In this document: positions 46,817-57,458 of the stretch, piece after piece
Position numbering within the stretch: the stretch's first letter is position 1
Layout of the letters: every line of letters begins with the position of its first letter
Notes under the pieces: model-generated
What the model was told of the DNA's origin: nothing
What the model saw: the letters and a program-made list of their open reading frames with translations, nothing else
Database searches by the model: none
Source of the DNA: Candidatus Zixiibacteriota bacterium
GTDB lineage: Bacteria; Zixibacteria; MSB-5A5; DG-27
Assembly: GCA_030605835.1 (NCBI GenBank)
Contig: JAUWHO010000042.1
Coordinates: forward strand, 5,732-69,731
DNA length: 64,000 nt
Direction of reading: 5' to 3'
Program-made: the position numbers and the translations under genes

Positions 46817-48145
46817 TCAGAACCTAACCTTCTGCTCTATCACTCTCACCAAGTCCGGGATCTTCTCTCTGGTCTGAAGCATCGAATCCCGTTCCCGCAC
46901 GGTGACGGTTTCATCCTCCAAGGTTTGAGAATCGATGGTGAGGCAATATGGGGTTCCGGCTTCGTCCATCCGGCGGTAACGTCTGCCGACGGCGGCGGAT
47001 TCGTCGTAGAAGCATTTGAAGTGCACTTTCAGCTCGTGATAAATCTTTAAGGCCACCTCCGGCATTCCGTCACGTTTCACCAGGGGAAAGACCGCCACCT
47101 TGATGGGCGCAATCTTGGGGTCGAGGCGTAACACCACTCTCTTTTCATCCCGCACCACCTCCTCATGGTAGGCGTCGGCCAGACAGACCAGGGCAGTTCG
47201 GTCAACCCCGGCGGAGGTTTCAATTATATAAGGAATGAAACGCTTCTTCTCCTCGGTGGAGAAGTAGGAAAGATCCTTGCCGGAGAATTTCTTGTGCTGC
47301 ACCAAATCGTAGTCGGTGCGGTTGTGAATCCCCTCGATCTCCTTCCACCCGAAGGGGAAGTCATACATAATGTCGTAAGCGGCCTTGGCGTAGTGAGGTA
47401 ATTCCTCCTGGGTGTGCTGGTGCCAGCGCAGGCTCTCCTCTCTTATTCCGATGTCAAGATACCACTGCATCCGCTCACCGCGCCAATACTGCAGCCACTT
47501 CTCGTCCTCCTCCGGCTTGACGAAATACTGCATCTCCATCTGTTCAAACTCCCGGGAACGGAAGATGAAATTGCCAGGAGAAATCTCGTTCCTGAAGGCT
47601 TTCCCTATCTGGGCAATCCCGAACGGAATCTTCTGCCTGGAAGGTCCCTGGACATTGAGGAAATTGACGTAGATCCCCTGGGCGGTTTCGGGGCGCATGT
47701 AAACGACCGCGGAATCGTCCTCCACCGGACCCATGAAGGTCTTAAACATCAGATTGAACTGTCGGGGTTCAGTCAGTTCCCCGCCGCAGTTGGGACATCT
47801 GTCTTTATCCATCTCGTCAGCTTTGAAACGGAGCTTGCATTTCTTGCAATCGACCAGAGGGTCGGTGAAGCCCTCCACATGCCCGGAGGCCTCCCAGACT
47901 TTGGGATGCATAAGAATAGCGGCATCAACCCCCTCGATGTCGTCCCGTTTCTGGGTCATGCTCTTCCACCAGTGGTCCTTGATGTTCCTCTTCAGCTCCA
48001 CTCCCAGGGGGCCATAATCCCAGCAGGAGGCTATGCCGCCGTATATCTCCGAGGAGGGGAAGACAAACCCACGCCGCTTGGCGAGCGACACCAGCTTGTC
48101 CATTATCTCTTCCGGCCTAATCTCTACGCTCTGAACTTCGGACAT
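46817..48145 (-). CDS. glyQS: Glycine--tRNA ligase (alpha2 dimeric type)
   Basis: ORF track 442 aa; class II aaRS motifs and CxxC...CxxC insertion; full length. Confidence 0.9.
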   Translation of the reverse strand: MSEVQSVEIRPEEIMDKLVSLAKRRGFVFPSSEIYGGIASCWDYGPLGVELKRNIKDHWWKSMTQKRDDIEGVDAAILMHPKVWEASGHVEGFTDPLVDCKKCKLRFKADEMDKDRCPNCGGELTEPRQFNLMFKTFMGPVEDDSAVVYMRPETAQGIYVNFLNVQGPSRQKIPFGIAQIGKAFRNEISPGNFIFRSREFEQMEMQYFVKPEEDEKWLQYWRGERMQWYLDIGIREESLRWHQHTQEELPHYAKAAYDIMYDFPFGWKEIEGIHNRTDYDLVQHKKFSGKDLSYFSTEEKKRFIPYIIETSAGVDRTALVCLADAYHEEVVRDEKRVVLRLDPKIAPIKVAVFPLVKRDGMPEVALKIYHELKVHFKCFYDESAAVGRRYRRMDEAGTPYCLTIDSQTLEDETVTVRERDSMLQTREKIPDLVRVIEQKVRF

Positions 48146-48184
48146 GTTAATCTCAAATTGAATCGCGGTTATCTGCCTGCGGCG

Positions 48185-48961
48185 CTACCTGACTCTGTCG
48201 CCCGCCACCTTCTCCATGAACTCAAAACTCTTCAAGTCCAATTTATCTCCCAGATGATACTTCCAGAAAGCCGGCAGGACTCTGCGGATCTCTTCCTTCT
48301 CGGAACGTGTCAGGTTGATCCTGGAGAGGTTTTCACTCCTCCCTCTTTGAAGGAGGCTCACCTTCCCTGCGGTGCTTTTGGACAACTTATGATAGAATTC
48401 GGCCCCGATTGAGCAATTCCTGCAAACCAGACCTCCATCGGCGGCGCTGAAGAGAACTTCATCCTCCTCGGCCATCTTTCGACACTTAACACAGCTTGAG
48501 AAGTCCGGACGATACCCCAAGATCTCAAGCAGCCTCAAAACGAAGTGCCAGAAATGGACCGCCACTCTCCCGGAGGCGCTGTCCTCAATCCCTTTCAGAG
48601 CTCCCAACAGGCTGGCGAAAAGCTGAGCTTGAGCTTCCTCTCCGGAGGTGGCCTTATCCACCAGTTCACAGGCCCCGCAGGCCGCCGTCCACTTCGGAAG
48701 CTCTGCCTTGGTTTTGGGGAAATCGTTCAGAATATCGGTGGAGGAGAGGTAGTCGATCTCCTTCCCCTCCCTTCGATAGATCACCGCCAGGATGTGATTA
48801 CAGACCTCCAAGTCGGCGCCGAACCTGCTTCCCGGCTTTAAGGCTCCCTTGGCCACAACTGTCAGCTTCCCGAATCTATCGGTATAGAGATTGACGATTT
48901 TCGAGGTCTCCCTGAGTCTGCCCGCCTTCAGGACAATCCCTTCGGACTTGACCAATCCCAT
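48185..48961 (-). CDS. recO: DNA repair protein RecO
   Basis: ORF track 258 aa; N-terminal OB-fold region, C-terminal zinc finger CVKC...CRNC. Confidence 0.8.
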   Translation of the reverse strand: MGLVKSEGIVLKAGRLRETSKIVNLYTDRFGKLTVVAKGALKPGSRFGADLEVCNHILAVIYRREGKEIDYLSSTDILNDFPKTKAELPKWTAACGACELVDKATSGEEAQAQLFASLLGALKGIEDSASGRVAVHFWHFVLRLLEILGYRPDFSSCVKCRKMAEEDEVLFSAADGGLVCRNCSIGAEFYHKLSKSTAGKVSLLQRGRSENLSRINLTRSEKEEIRRVLPAFWKYHLGDKLDLKSFEFMEKVAGDRVR

Positions 48962-48967
48962 TCGAGG

Positions 48968-49348
48968 TTATCTCTTCACTTCGGAGGCTTTTCTGCCGGA
49001 GGCGGATCCAACTCCGTCGGACTCGAAGCGGTAAATGATGGCGCCTTTCTCCGCGAGACCGTATTTCCTGATTGCCACTCGGCGCAGATATTCGGGGTCG
49101 CCTAAGAGCATCTCTCTCTCCAACCACAAATCCAGACTCCTCACCCGCGCCTGGTTCGTCTGTGCTTCTATGTTGGACTTCTGCACCTTCAGGTCCCAGA
49201 TGCGCAGGAAACCGTATTCGCCCCCGAAGAAGTAAATAATCCATACTGCCACTGCGACCATAATGACGAGTCGCCTCACCCATCTCACCAGCCCACTGGA
49301 GTTAGCCCCCCGGCTCTTCTTTCTGCGATAACGGTTCTTTCTGGCCAC
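48968..49348 (-). CDS. Septum formation initiator family protein (FtsB/DivIC-like)
   Basis: ORF track 126 aa; basic N-terminus, single TM, coiled coil, conserved-looking C-terminal YGLAEKGAIIYRF. Confidence 0.6.
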   Translation of the reverse strand: MARKNRYRRKKSRGANSSGLVRWVRRLVIMVAVAVWIIYFFGGEYGFLRIWDLKVQKSNIEAQTNQARVRSLDLWLEREMLLGDPEYLRRVAIRKYGLAEKGAIIYRFESDGVGSASGRKASEVKR

Positions 49349-49353
49349 CGCTA

Positions 49354-50676
<1,323 letters not shown>

Positions 50677-50840
50677 CTAAAGGCTGCTGAGCTCAGGAGT
50701 CTAATTTACACCTTATGTTTTCTATTTCAAGACTTTTTTCCTGACTTATCGTTGTGGCGTCGGATGCCCACATCCGACGCAAGCTCCCCGTTGAACCCCT
50801 CAGCTCGGGCGGGAGTTGCACTCCCGCCCGCACAACCCCC

Positions 50841-50910
50841 GTTCGTCACGGACGCCCTCGTCCGTGACGTTTCTCGGGTACAGGACAAGGCGTCCTATAC
50901 CAACAGTGGG
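50841..50910. repeat. About 70-bp two-hairpin palindromic element (copy 1)
   Basis: gttcgtcacggacgccctcgtccgtgacgtttctcgggtacaggacaaggcgtcctataccaacag: hairpin gtcacggacg/cgtccgtgac then aggac/gtcct; near-identical copy at about 54764-54835. Confidence 0.8.
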
Positions 50911-51044
50911 GAGAAACACTCACAGCCCGCCAATGGCGGGTAAACACATGAAACGAATGAAACGGATCGGCATCTGCTTAATCCGCTTAGTCTGCTTGCC
51001 CGCCTCAGGCGGGCTGTGAATAACCCCTGTATCCTGCTTGCCGT

Positions 51045-52034
51045 CTACTTCTTTTTGCGGTGTAGCTTGACGAAACCTGCCTCCTCCCCCAGCGGTTCCG
51101 CATCGAACCCCTCTTCTTCGAGGTAATCGACGAACTCCAGAAATCCATGCACCACGTAAATTTTCCTGGGCTTTGCCTTCTTGGCGTAGCTCATAAGCTC
51201 TGTGAAATCGGCATGGTCGGAGAGGGGTAAAACCTCGTCGGCGTCGTACCTGTACATAGTGCTTCGGTTCAGAGCCCAGCCGGTGAGGAGGAGTTTCTTT
51301 CTTTTCTTTATGGCGTCCAGGGGCTTCCAGCGGGAAAGATGCGGAGGCACCAGCACCACCCCCAAGCCCGCACTTCCGGGCCGCCACTGGTCGTAGTTAC
51401 CGAACTTCACCCCGAACTCCTGGTAAATCTCGGCGATCTCGTAGATCGCCTTGTGGACTGAGAGATCGAATCCAGCATCGCCTAAAAGCTTCATCGTCTC
51501 CTGAGCCTTGCCGAGAGAGTATGCCATCACAATCGGAACCTCCCCCCGATCCCTGGTATCCTTCACCCAGTCCACGATCTTCTGATGGGTCTCGGCAGTT
51601 TCCGGGAAGACATATTCAGGCAAGCCGTAAGTAGATTCCATGATGAGGATATCACACTCTTTGATCTCCGCCGGGGGACAGGTCAGTGACTCTCGCAGCT
51701 TCAAATCGCCGGTGTAGACAATCTTTGTGCCTCTATACTCGATCAGAACCTGGGAGGAGCCTAAAATATGTCCGGCGGGGAAAAGCTCGATGGTTGCCCC
51801 TCGAAGCTTCAGAGGTTTGCCATATTCCAGCGCCTCGGTTTCGACATTCCCCTTTCGGAGAGCGAATAGCTTCGCAGTCTCCGGAGTGGCGATGATCTTT
51901 CTGTGATTGACGATGTGGTCGGCGTGAGCGTGGGAGATGACACTGAGGTCAACTTTCCGCTCGGCATCCAGCCACAACTCTAGCTCGGGGAGATATAACC
52001 CCCTGTTATGTTGAATCTCGACTTCAGTGCTCAT
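51045..52034 (-). CDS. MBL-fold metallo-hydrolase, beta-CASP-like (RNA/DNA processing exonuclease family)
   Basis: ORF track 329 aa; metallo-beta-lactamase motif VISHAHADH plus downstream D/H residues; resembles ligase-associated or mRNA 3'-end processing exonucleases. Confidence 0.65.
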   Translation of the reverse strand: MSTEVEIQHNRGLYLPELELWLDAERKVDLSVISHAHADHIVNHRKIIATPETAKLFALRKGNVETEALEYGKPLKLRGATIELFPAGHILGSSQVLIEYRGTKIVYTGDLKLRESLTCPPAEIKECDILIMESTYGLPEYVFPETAETHQKIVDWVKDTRDRGEVPIVMAYSLGKAQETMKLLGDAGFDLSVHKAIYEIAEIYQEFGVKFGNYDQWRPGSAGLGVVLVPPHLSRWKPLDAIKKRKKLLLTGWALNRSTMYRYDADEVLPLSDHADFTELMSYAKKAKPRKIYVVHGFLEFVDYLEEEGFDAEPLGEEAGFVKLHRKKK

Positions 52035-52038
52035 CGAG

Positions 52039-52530
52039 TCATCCTAACTTATAGCCGATTTTGCGCAAAAAGCTCTTCCGCGCCTCCACATCCTTTGGAG
52101 TCTCGATTCCCTTCGGAGCAAAGCCATCGATGACTCCGAGGACTCCCCGTCCCAGCTCGGTTTCGGCGACAATGACTTCCACCGGGTTGGCGGTGGCGCA
52201 GAACAGGCCCACCACCTCCGGACAGGCCTTCAAGGCATGCATGATGTTGATGGGAAAGGCTTCCCTTATGATGATTACGAAGCTGTGTCCGCAGCCGATT
52301 CTTTGGGCGTTCTCTTCGGCCTTCTTTTTCAGCTCCGCATCGTTCCCCTCGGAGCGGACCAGACACTCTTGCGAGGCTTCACAAAATGCCAATCCAAACT
52401 TGATGCCCGGCACCGAGCTTATGAGCAGTTCGTACAGATCCTCCGCGGTCTTGATGAAATGGGTCTGGCCGATTATTACATTCGCCCCCTCCGGTATTTC
52501 CACCTTTACGGTCTTGAGTTCCATTCGCAC
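52039..52530 (-). CDS. Adenosine-specific kinase family protein (small conserved protein)
   Basis: ORF track 163 aa; [29 protein letters not shown]...[15 protein letters not shown]...IGYK resembles the adenosine-specific kinase family from memory; unverified. Confidence 0.5.
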   Translation of the reverse strand: MRMELKTVKVEIPEGANVIIGQTHFIKTAEDLYELLISSVPGIKFGLAFCEASQECLVRSEGNDAELKKKAEENAQRIGCGHSFVIIIREAFPINIMHALKACPEVVGLFCATANPVEVIVAETELGRGVLGVIDGFAPKGIETPKDVEARKSFLRKIGYKLG

Positions 52531-52675
52531 CTCCGGGAAAATTCGATTTCACAGTTCGAGAATGAGTATACGCGTTTCTCCCGAGGCAGTAAAGAGATTT
52601 TGTAGCGAGGGGAGTCCTGTTGTAAGAGTGGGGATTGATGGTTTGTGGAGTTGGGAGACAGGGAAAAGAGGCTGA

Positions 52676-53257
52676 TTAAAGAGCGCTGATGAGAATCTGC
52701 ATGACAATTCCGCTGCAGAGAATCACCATCAGATTGTCGTCGACCTTGGTGGAGGCAGCTTCGGCCACGGTGGCCACCCCCGCCCCGATGAATCCCACCT
52801 TAAGGGGCAAACCGGGGATGAGGAGTGCCACCACCATGCAGATGCCCAGACAGGCCAGGCTGCCCTCAACGGATTTGTGGCTGTAATGTATCCGCCCCCA
52901 CCTTTTCCCCACCAGAGCGGCGGCGATGTCTCCGAAGATGATAAAGGCGATGGCGGCCACCGCCACGATCTTATCGAAAATCGCTATGGCGACAAGGGAG
53001 GTCACCAGAAGGTATGTCCCCCCGGTGAAGTGGCCTTCTTCGTGGTCTCTCAGAATCGGACCGATCAGCTTCTTCTGCACCCCGTAGCCGAACCAGTGGT
53101 TAAACCTCATCAAATCTAAAAAGAGGGAGACCGCCGCTATGGGCGCCAGGATGAAAAGGGCAAACTCCTTCGACACGAAGAAATATATGATCGGAATGGA
53201 CAGGGAGACAAAGTGCACCCCCTTTCTCATACTCTCTCTGAGGAACGACAACGCCAT
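52676..53257 (-). CDS. Polyprenol/diacylglycerol kinase-like membrane protein (CTP-dependent DGK1/SEC59/VTE5 family); start uncertain
   Basis: ORF track 52676..53617 trimmed to internal ATG (MALSFLRES...): the upstream 120 codons overlap GC-rich palindromic repeats and look non-coding. FGDIAAALVGKRWGRIHY motif. Confidence 0.5.
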   Translation of the reverse strand: MALSFLRESMRKGVHFVSLSIPIIYFFVSKEFALFILAPIAAVSLFLDLMRFNHWFGYGVQKKLIGPILRDHEEGHFTGGTYLLVTSLVAIAIFDKIVAVAAIAFIIFGDIAAALVGKRWGRIHYSHKSVEGSLACLGICMVVALLIPGLPLKVGFIGAGVATVAEAASTKVDDNLMVILCSGIVMQILISAL

Positions 53258-53657
53258 TTGTGACCGGCCCAACTTGCTTACAGCATGTGCCCGCCGGTCA
53301 AGAAACCAGGTTGGCGGATGAATATCAAGTAGATTCTGTGAAGTAACTCCGGAGGTGGAAAGCGGTCTGATCTGTTTAATCCAACTGCTCGTCTCCCACC
53401 GCAGGTGGGTCGCGTACGGGCGTGGGGCGGTCTGTGAACCGTAAACTGTCAACGGTGAGCAAATCGCCGGTAGCGCCGCGACCTCCCACCGGAGGTGATT
53501 CGCCTCTGGCGACCGGCGGACTGACAATGCAATTCCTCGCGCGTAGGTCGAGGGATTCATCTTCTCAAAACAGATGCGAACAGGTCGGACATTTCCCACG
53601 ATCCCATACGAGTCCACACCACCGAATGGACCTGCTCGACAAGCCTTCGAGGAATCT

Positions 53658-53690
53658 CCCTGTCTACTACCTACTATCTACTACCTACTG
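53658..53690. repeat. CTACTAC / CTACTGT 7-nt repeat tract
   Basis: ccctgtctactacctactatctactacctactg, overlapping the last codons and stop (53685-53687) of the ORF ending at 53685. Confidence 0.8.
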
Positions 53691-54107
53691 TTCTTTAGAA
53701 AATTTCTCGTCCAGCGATTTCTTCATATTCGGTGAGGCTTTCCTACCTACGGCCGCCTGGGCCGCTCTCCGGGCCGTCTCCTCAGAGACCCCGGTGATTC
53801 TCCTGATCTCATCCACAGCGACATCAAGCCACTCCAGCCAGGGCTTGTCTGGATATTTCATGGAGAGGTAATCGGTAACATCATCGGCGATGATCAAAAG
53901 GTGCTCCGCGACGTTCTTGTTCGTATTCGACTTCAGCGTAGGCACCAAGAATTTCTTGCTCAACCACGCAAGCACTGTCAGAGACACGAGTCCGATAATT
54001 TCCATTAGAGACTCCTTCAAAACCGGAACAACCTCATCTGAAACCCCAGCGTGAGCCGTCCCGGCAAAACAGAATAACAACGCTACTGCACAGATTATCT
54101 GCTTCAT
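53685..54107 (-). CDS. Small secreted/membrane-associated hypothetical protein
   Basis: ORF track 53685..54143 trimmed to third ATG (MKQIICAVALLFCFAGTAHA signal peptide; GGAGG 7 nt upstream); one further hydrophobic helix. Confidence 0.45.
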   Translation of the reverse strand: MKQIICAVALLFCFAGTAHAGVSDEVVPVLKESLMEIIGLVSLTVLAWLSKKFLVPTLKSNTNKNVAEHLLIIADDVTDYLSMKYPDKPWLEWLDVAVDEIRRITGVSEETARRAAQAAVGRKASPNMKKSLDEKFSKEQ

Positions 54108-54141
54108 CATCATCCTCCAGGTAGAGAGAGCTTGTTCCCCC

Positions 54142-54206
54142 ATTTCCTATTTCCTATTTCCTATTTCCTGTCTACTGTCTACTGTCTACTACCTACTACC
54201 TACTAA
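54142..54206. repeat. CCTATTT / CTACTGT / CTACTAC 7-nt repeat tract
   Basis: catttcctatttcctatttcctatttcctgtctactgtctactgtctactacctactacctactaacc; overlaps the last 5 codons (LVGSR) and stop of the M15 peptidase gene. Confidence 0.85.
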
Positions 54207-54590
54207 CCTTGGCACTTGGATATGTATATGTTCTCCTCTGCCAACATCGTGATGAATGAAGCGGATTCCCCAATCTCCATACCAGTATTCGATCCAGTTC
54301 TGTTGTTCTAAGATTTCCTCAGCGGTAAAGCCGCGGCTGCGCAAATCCACGGCTCCACAGGGAGAGTCGAGGTGTCTGCTCGGCTTCAGGTAACCGTAGA
54401 TTTCTCTTTGTCGTTCGGGGGTTCTCCTCACCTCCGTAACGACCAGGTTCTTCCCAGCGGTGCGAGAAACGAAACCCGCTAACTCCAAGATCATCCCCCG
54501 CAGCCGCGCGTCCATCCCCCGGTGGGAATAGAACTGCTCTTCCAGTGCGGGCCTCTTGAATAGTAATCCCATTTTCTTAAAGGTAAACAA
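54189..54590 (-). CDS. Peptidase M15-like (zinc D-Ala-D-Ala / L-Ala-D-Glu peptidase fold; endolysin-like)
   Basis: ORF track 133 aa (TTG start, AAAGGGGA upstream); [13 protein letters not shown] and GEHIHIQV resemble the H-x-D / E-x-x-H zinc ligands of M15 peptidases; no signal peptide. Confidence 0.5.
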   Translation of the reverse strand: MFTFKKMGLLFKRPALEEQFYSHRGMDARLRGMILELAGFVSRTAGKNLVVTEVRRTPERQREIYGYLKPSRHLDSPCGAVDLRSRGFTAEEILEQQNWIEYWYGDWGIRFIHHDVGRGEHIHIQVPRLVGSR

Positions 54591-54630
54591 TTTCCCAAAT
54601 CCCCTTTTGGGTGGAAGGGAGCGGGGTGGC

Positions 54631-54733
<103 letters not shown>

Positions 54734-54763
54734 CTTTCAACGGGAAGGAGGATTCACGACCCT

Positions 54764-54835
54764 GTTCGTCATGGACGCCCTCGTCCGTGACGTTTATCAG
54801 GTATAGGATGAGGGCATCCTATACCAACAGGGCGA
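54764..54835. repeat. About 70-bp two-hairpin palindromic element (copy 2)
   Basis: gttcgtcatggacgccctcgtccgtgacgtttatcaggtataggatgagggcatcctataccaacag; flanked on both sides by 7-nt repeat tracts. Confidence 0.8.
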
Positions 54836-54840
54836 GGTGG

Positions 54841-54875
54841 CCCTGTTCCCTGTCTCCTATCTCCTGTTTCCCGTT
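54841..54875. repeat. CCTGTTC / CTATCTC 7-nt repeat tract
   Basis: ccctgttccctgtctcctatctcctgtttcccgtt, ending 3 nt before the stop (54878) of the upstream minus-strand gene. Confidence 0.8.
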
Positions 54876-54877
54876 TT

Positions 54878-56050
54878 TCACCAGGTGAGCTGCCAGCTAC
54901 TCTGCTGTGGCACCGTCACCTTCTTGCGCAGCACCGCTCCGGAAGAATGGTAGATGATGAACTCATACTGGGTGTCGTCAGGTGTCAAAACTGCGTTGGG
55001 ATAAAGGTCCAGATACCAGTATCCTGAGGTGTCGCTGGTAGTGGATTGATGGTATGGCGATATAATGGTCGATTCGTAACGTAACGGCACCCGGTTTATC
55101 TTTGCGGAGATAGTGATAGCCGCCAGGCCCTCACCGGCGAGGCCGTATATCCATCCGTATACCCGGCAGAGTTCAGGCTCGGGTGGCTCCCCGGGATCGA
55201 ATGTCGTCGCCCAGACGGTATCATTGACGCTTCCGGCGACAATGAGGGTATCGGGCAGGGGAGTGAACACCTGCCCCGCCTTCCAGGACCAGAGCTTGTA
55301 GGTGCCGGGGTCGAGTGAGAATATCGCTTTCCCCTCTGAATCGGTGTAGGCTCGGGCCGCGGTGGCATTCTCGGAGTCGTTCATAACCCGTATGAAGGCC
55401 GCCTGTATTGCAGTGGTGTCCTCGATCGTGAAGGCGTATAACGAGCAGGCATAAGCGCCACCGCCCGTTATTGTGACCACTTCGCCATATATCAAGCTCA
55501 CAGTGTCGCGGACAATTGCAAGCATACCCTCCTCTCGCTCGATGCTGTCGGAGGTGACCTCGGCGATCTGAGAGATACTGCCAGAGGAGACCAGAGCGCT
55601 GTCACCTTTGGCGAAGAGACCTCCTTCGACCACCTGATAATTGCCGGAGAAGCCCGGATAGCCGGAGCCCCGGAAACAGACCCGGTCGAGGGTATACTGT
55701 CCGGCATCACCGTTGGCGTTTGAAGCTTTGACCCGGTATTCGAAATATCCCAGACGCAACTTCCGGATGGCGTTATCAGAGCCTTTCCAGGTGACGGAAT
55801 CAAACAGGCTCTCTCGGTAGAAACGCAGAATCAGAATGCTATCCGGATCGGCGAGATTGCCGGTGACGCCATTGCTGAGAGTGGTGAAGTTGATCCTGAC
55901 GGTGTCGGCGGGAGAGTTCCCGTTGCCGTAAATACCGTAGTATTCGGCGCTACTCACTTTGTGAAGAAACAATGCCAAACAGATAGTCAGGGTGACCAAC
56001 AAGAGCTTCGAGGTGAAACTCTCTTTGTGGGCGAAAACTGACCTCTTCAT
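54878..56050 (-). CDS. Secreted hypothetical protein
   Basis: ORF track 54878..56074 trimmed to ATG at residue 9 (MKRSVFAHKESFTSKLLLVTLTICLALFL; AGGGGA 8 nt upstream); no family recognised. Confidence 0.45.
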   Translation of the reverse strand: MKRSVFAHKESFTSKLLLVTLTICLALFLHKVSSAEYYGIYGNGNSPADTVRINFTTLSNGVTGNLADPDSILILRFYRESLFDSVTWKGSDNAIRKLRLGYFEYRVKASNANGDAGQYTLDRVCFRGSGYPGFSGNYQVVEGGLFAKGDSALVSSGSISQIAEVTSDSIEREEGMLAIVRDTVSLIYGEVVTITGGGAYACSLYAFTIEDTTAIQAAFIRVMNDSENATAARAYTDSEGKAIFSLDPGTYKLWSWKAGQVFTPLPDTLIVAGSVNDTVWATTFDPGEPPEPELCRVYGWIYGLAGEGLAAITISAKINRVPLRYESTIISPYHQSTTSDTSGYWYLDLYPNAVLTPDDTQYEFIIYHSSGAVLRKKVTVPQQSSWQLTW

Positions 56051-56119
56051 TGTCAATCCCCTATCGCAAATCAAAAAGGTTAGCTTCTGTCTTCGGGAAT
56101 GGAGTTATCGTAGAATTAG

Positions 56120-56944
56120 CTACGGCAAGTCCGGGGAGCGCAGATAACCGATTTTTCGGACGAAGCGGTTGAGGAGGCGGTATGCCTCCATCTGATAGCT
56201 GTTAGCTAAGACACTCCACGATTCGGCTAAAGCTCCGGCGGTGCTGTTGCGGGGCGAGAGGGAAGCGGCCTCCCCCGCCTTGATACGACAGAGTATCGCC
56301 ACCGCCAGATAGGTCTCCGCGGTCACCAGCGCCTGGTCGGTAGAATCGCCGTATTGTTCGTCGATGTACTTGACCACCTTGTCGGCGGCTTCGGTGATGG
56401 CGTTGGCAATTACATCATCGTTTAAGAACCCGTATTCCACGGAGTAATCCACTAAAACCCATTGCCCCTCCTCGATGACGCCGCTCGGCTCCCTGGTGAT
56501 CAGAGCGGTGGTGTAATTGATCTTGTAATCCTGATCCCTTTGGTAGATCCGGTAGTATAGATACCACACCGTCACCGTCGCGCCTCCGGGAATCGAACCG
56601 GTGGTGTTTCGCTTGATAGTCCCGTCATCGTAGTCAACGCTGTAATCGACATTCTCCTGGTAGATGGTGTTCATGGAGCTGTTGTCGGCCACCACCACGC
56701 TGTCGTATATCAGCTCCTGATCCGGAAGGGAGATCTGTTCTAGGAGTCCGAAGCTCCCCTCAAACTGCACCGGCTCATTCATCTCTTTGGCCTTCACCTT
56801 CTCGGAGGCCGGCAGCAGGTTTCCCATTTTCAACCGGCAACTCTTCCCGCTTGCGAGGTGTAAAGGCTCATTCTCTATATCTTCAGAGCCGAGGTGGTGT
56901 TCTATAAGATGTTTTTTCACCAATACGATATTTGTGAAGGCCAT
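56120..56944 (-). CDS. Hypothetical protein
   Basis: ORF track 274 aa; ATG with AAGAGAGG upstream. Confidence 0.4.
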   Translation of the reverse strand: MAFTNIVLVKKHLIEHHLGSEDIENEPLHLASGKSCRLKMGNLLPASEKVKAKEMNEPVQFEGSFGLLEQISLPDQELIYDSVVVADNSSMNTIYQENVDYSVDYDDGTIKRNTTGSIPGGATVTVWYLYYRIYQRDQDYKINYTTALITREPSGVIEEGQWVLVDYSVEYGFLNDDVIANAITEAADKVVKYIDEQYGDSTDQALVTAETYLAVAILCRIKAGEAASLSPRNSTAGALAESWSVLANSYQMEAYRLLNRFVRKIGYLRSPDLP

Positions 56945-57002
56945 AGCCAGACCTCTCTTGAATCTTCGTTATTGCTCAAAAAGGGTAGCAGGTTATACAG
57001 AG

Positions 57003-57371
57003 CTAGCTCATCTCGACTACCCACAGGTCCACCAATCCAGTCTTGGAGGCCTCATCTTTAGCGATCCTGAATCCGGTCTGGTTTTCAGAGCCCACCTGGA
57101 AACAGCGGACCTCGTTTTTGGCAAGGATGATAACCTTGGGGTTTGCGATTGTATCCGGAAGCGGGTTCCCCTTGTAATCGAAAAGATCGCTGTAGCTCAC
57201 CTCCTGGTTTAAGCCTCCCAGGAAGGCTCGACCGAGGAGGATCCTCTTGGCGCCGGAAGCCGATTCAGTGAAGACGATCGAAGCCTCCACACTGAAGTAG
57301 TCCCCCCAGACTCTGAAATTCTTGACCAGCCAGCTTTTGTGTCCACGAAGGTAGTCTAAGGTGATGTTCAT
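57003..57371 (-). CDS. Hypothetical protein
   Basis: ORF track 122 aa; ATG start. Confidence 0.35.
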   Translation of the reverse strand: MNITLDYLRGHKSWLVKNFRVWGDYFSVEASIVFTESASGAKRILLGRAFLGGLNQEVSYSDLFDYKGNPLPDTIANPKVIILAKNEVRCFQVGSENQTGFRIAKDEASKTGLVDLWVVEMS

Positions 57372-57458
57372 CTCAAACCTCGAAATTCTTTTGGAGCGGA
57401 AAGTTCACGCACTTCTCCGTTCACAGATAGCTGCCTGCCCGCTAATTGGCAGGCGGGC

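Noticed and set aside
53258-53617. 5' extension (120 codons) of ORF-track entry 52676..53617
   Set aside because: It overlaps GC-rich palindromic repeat DNA, has no recognisable protein features, and the kinase-family homology begins only at the internal Met.
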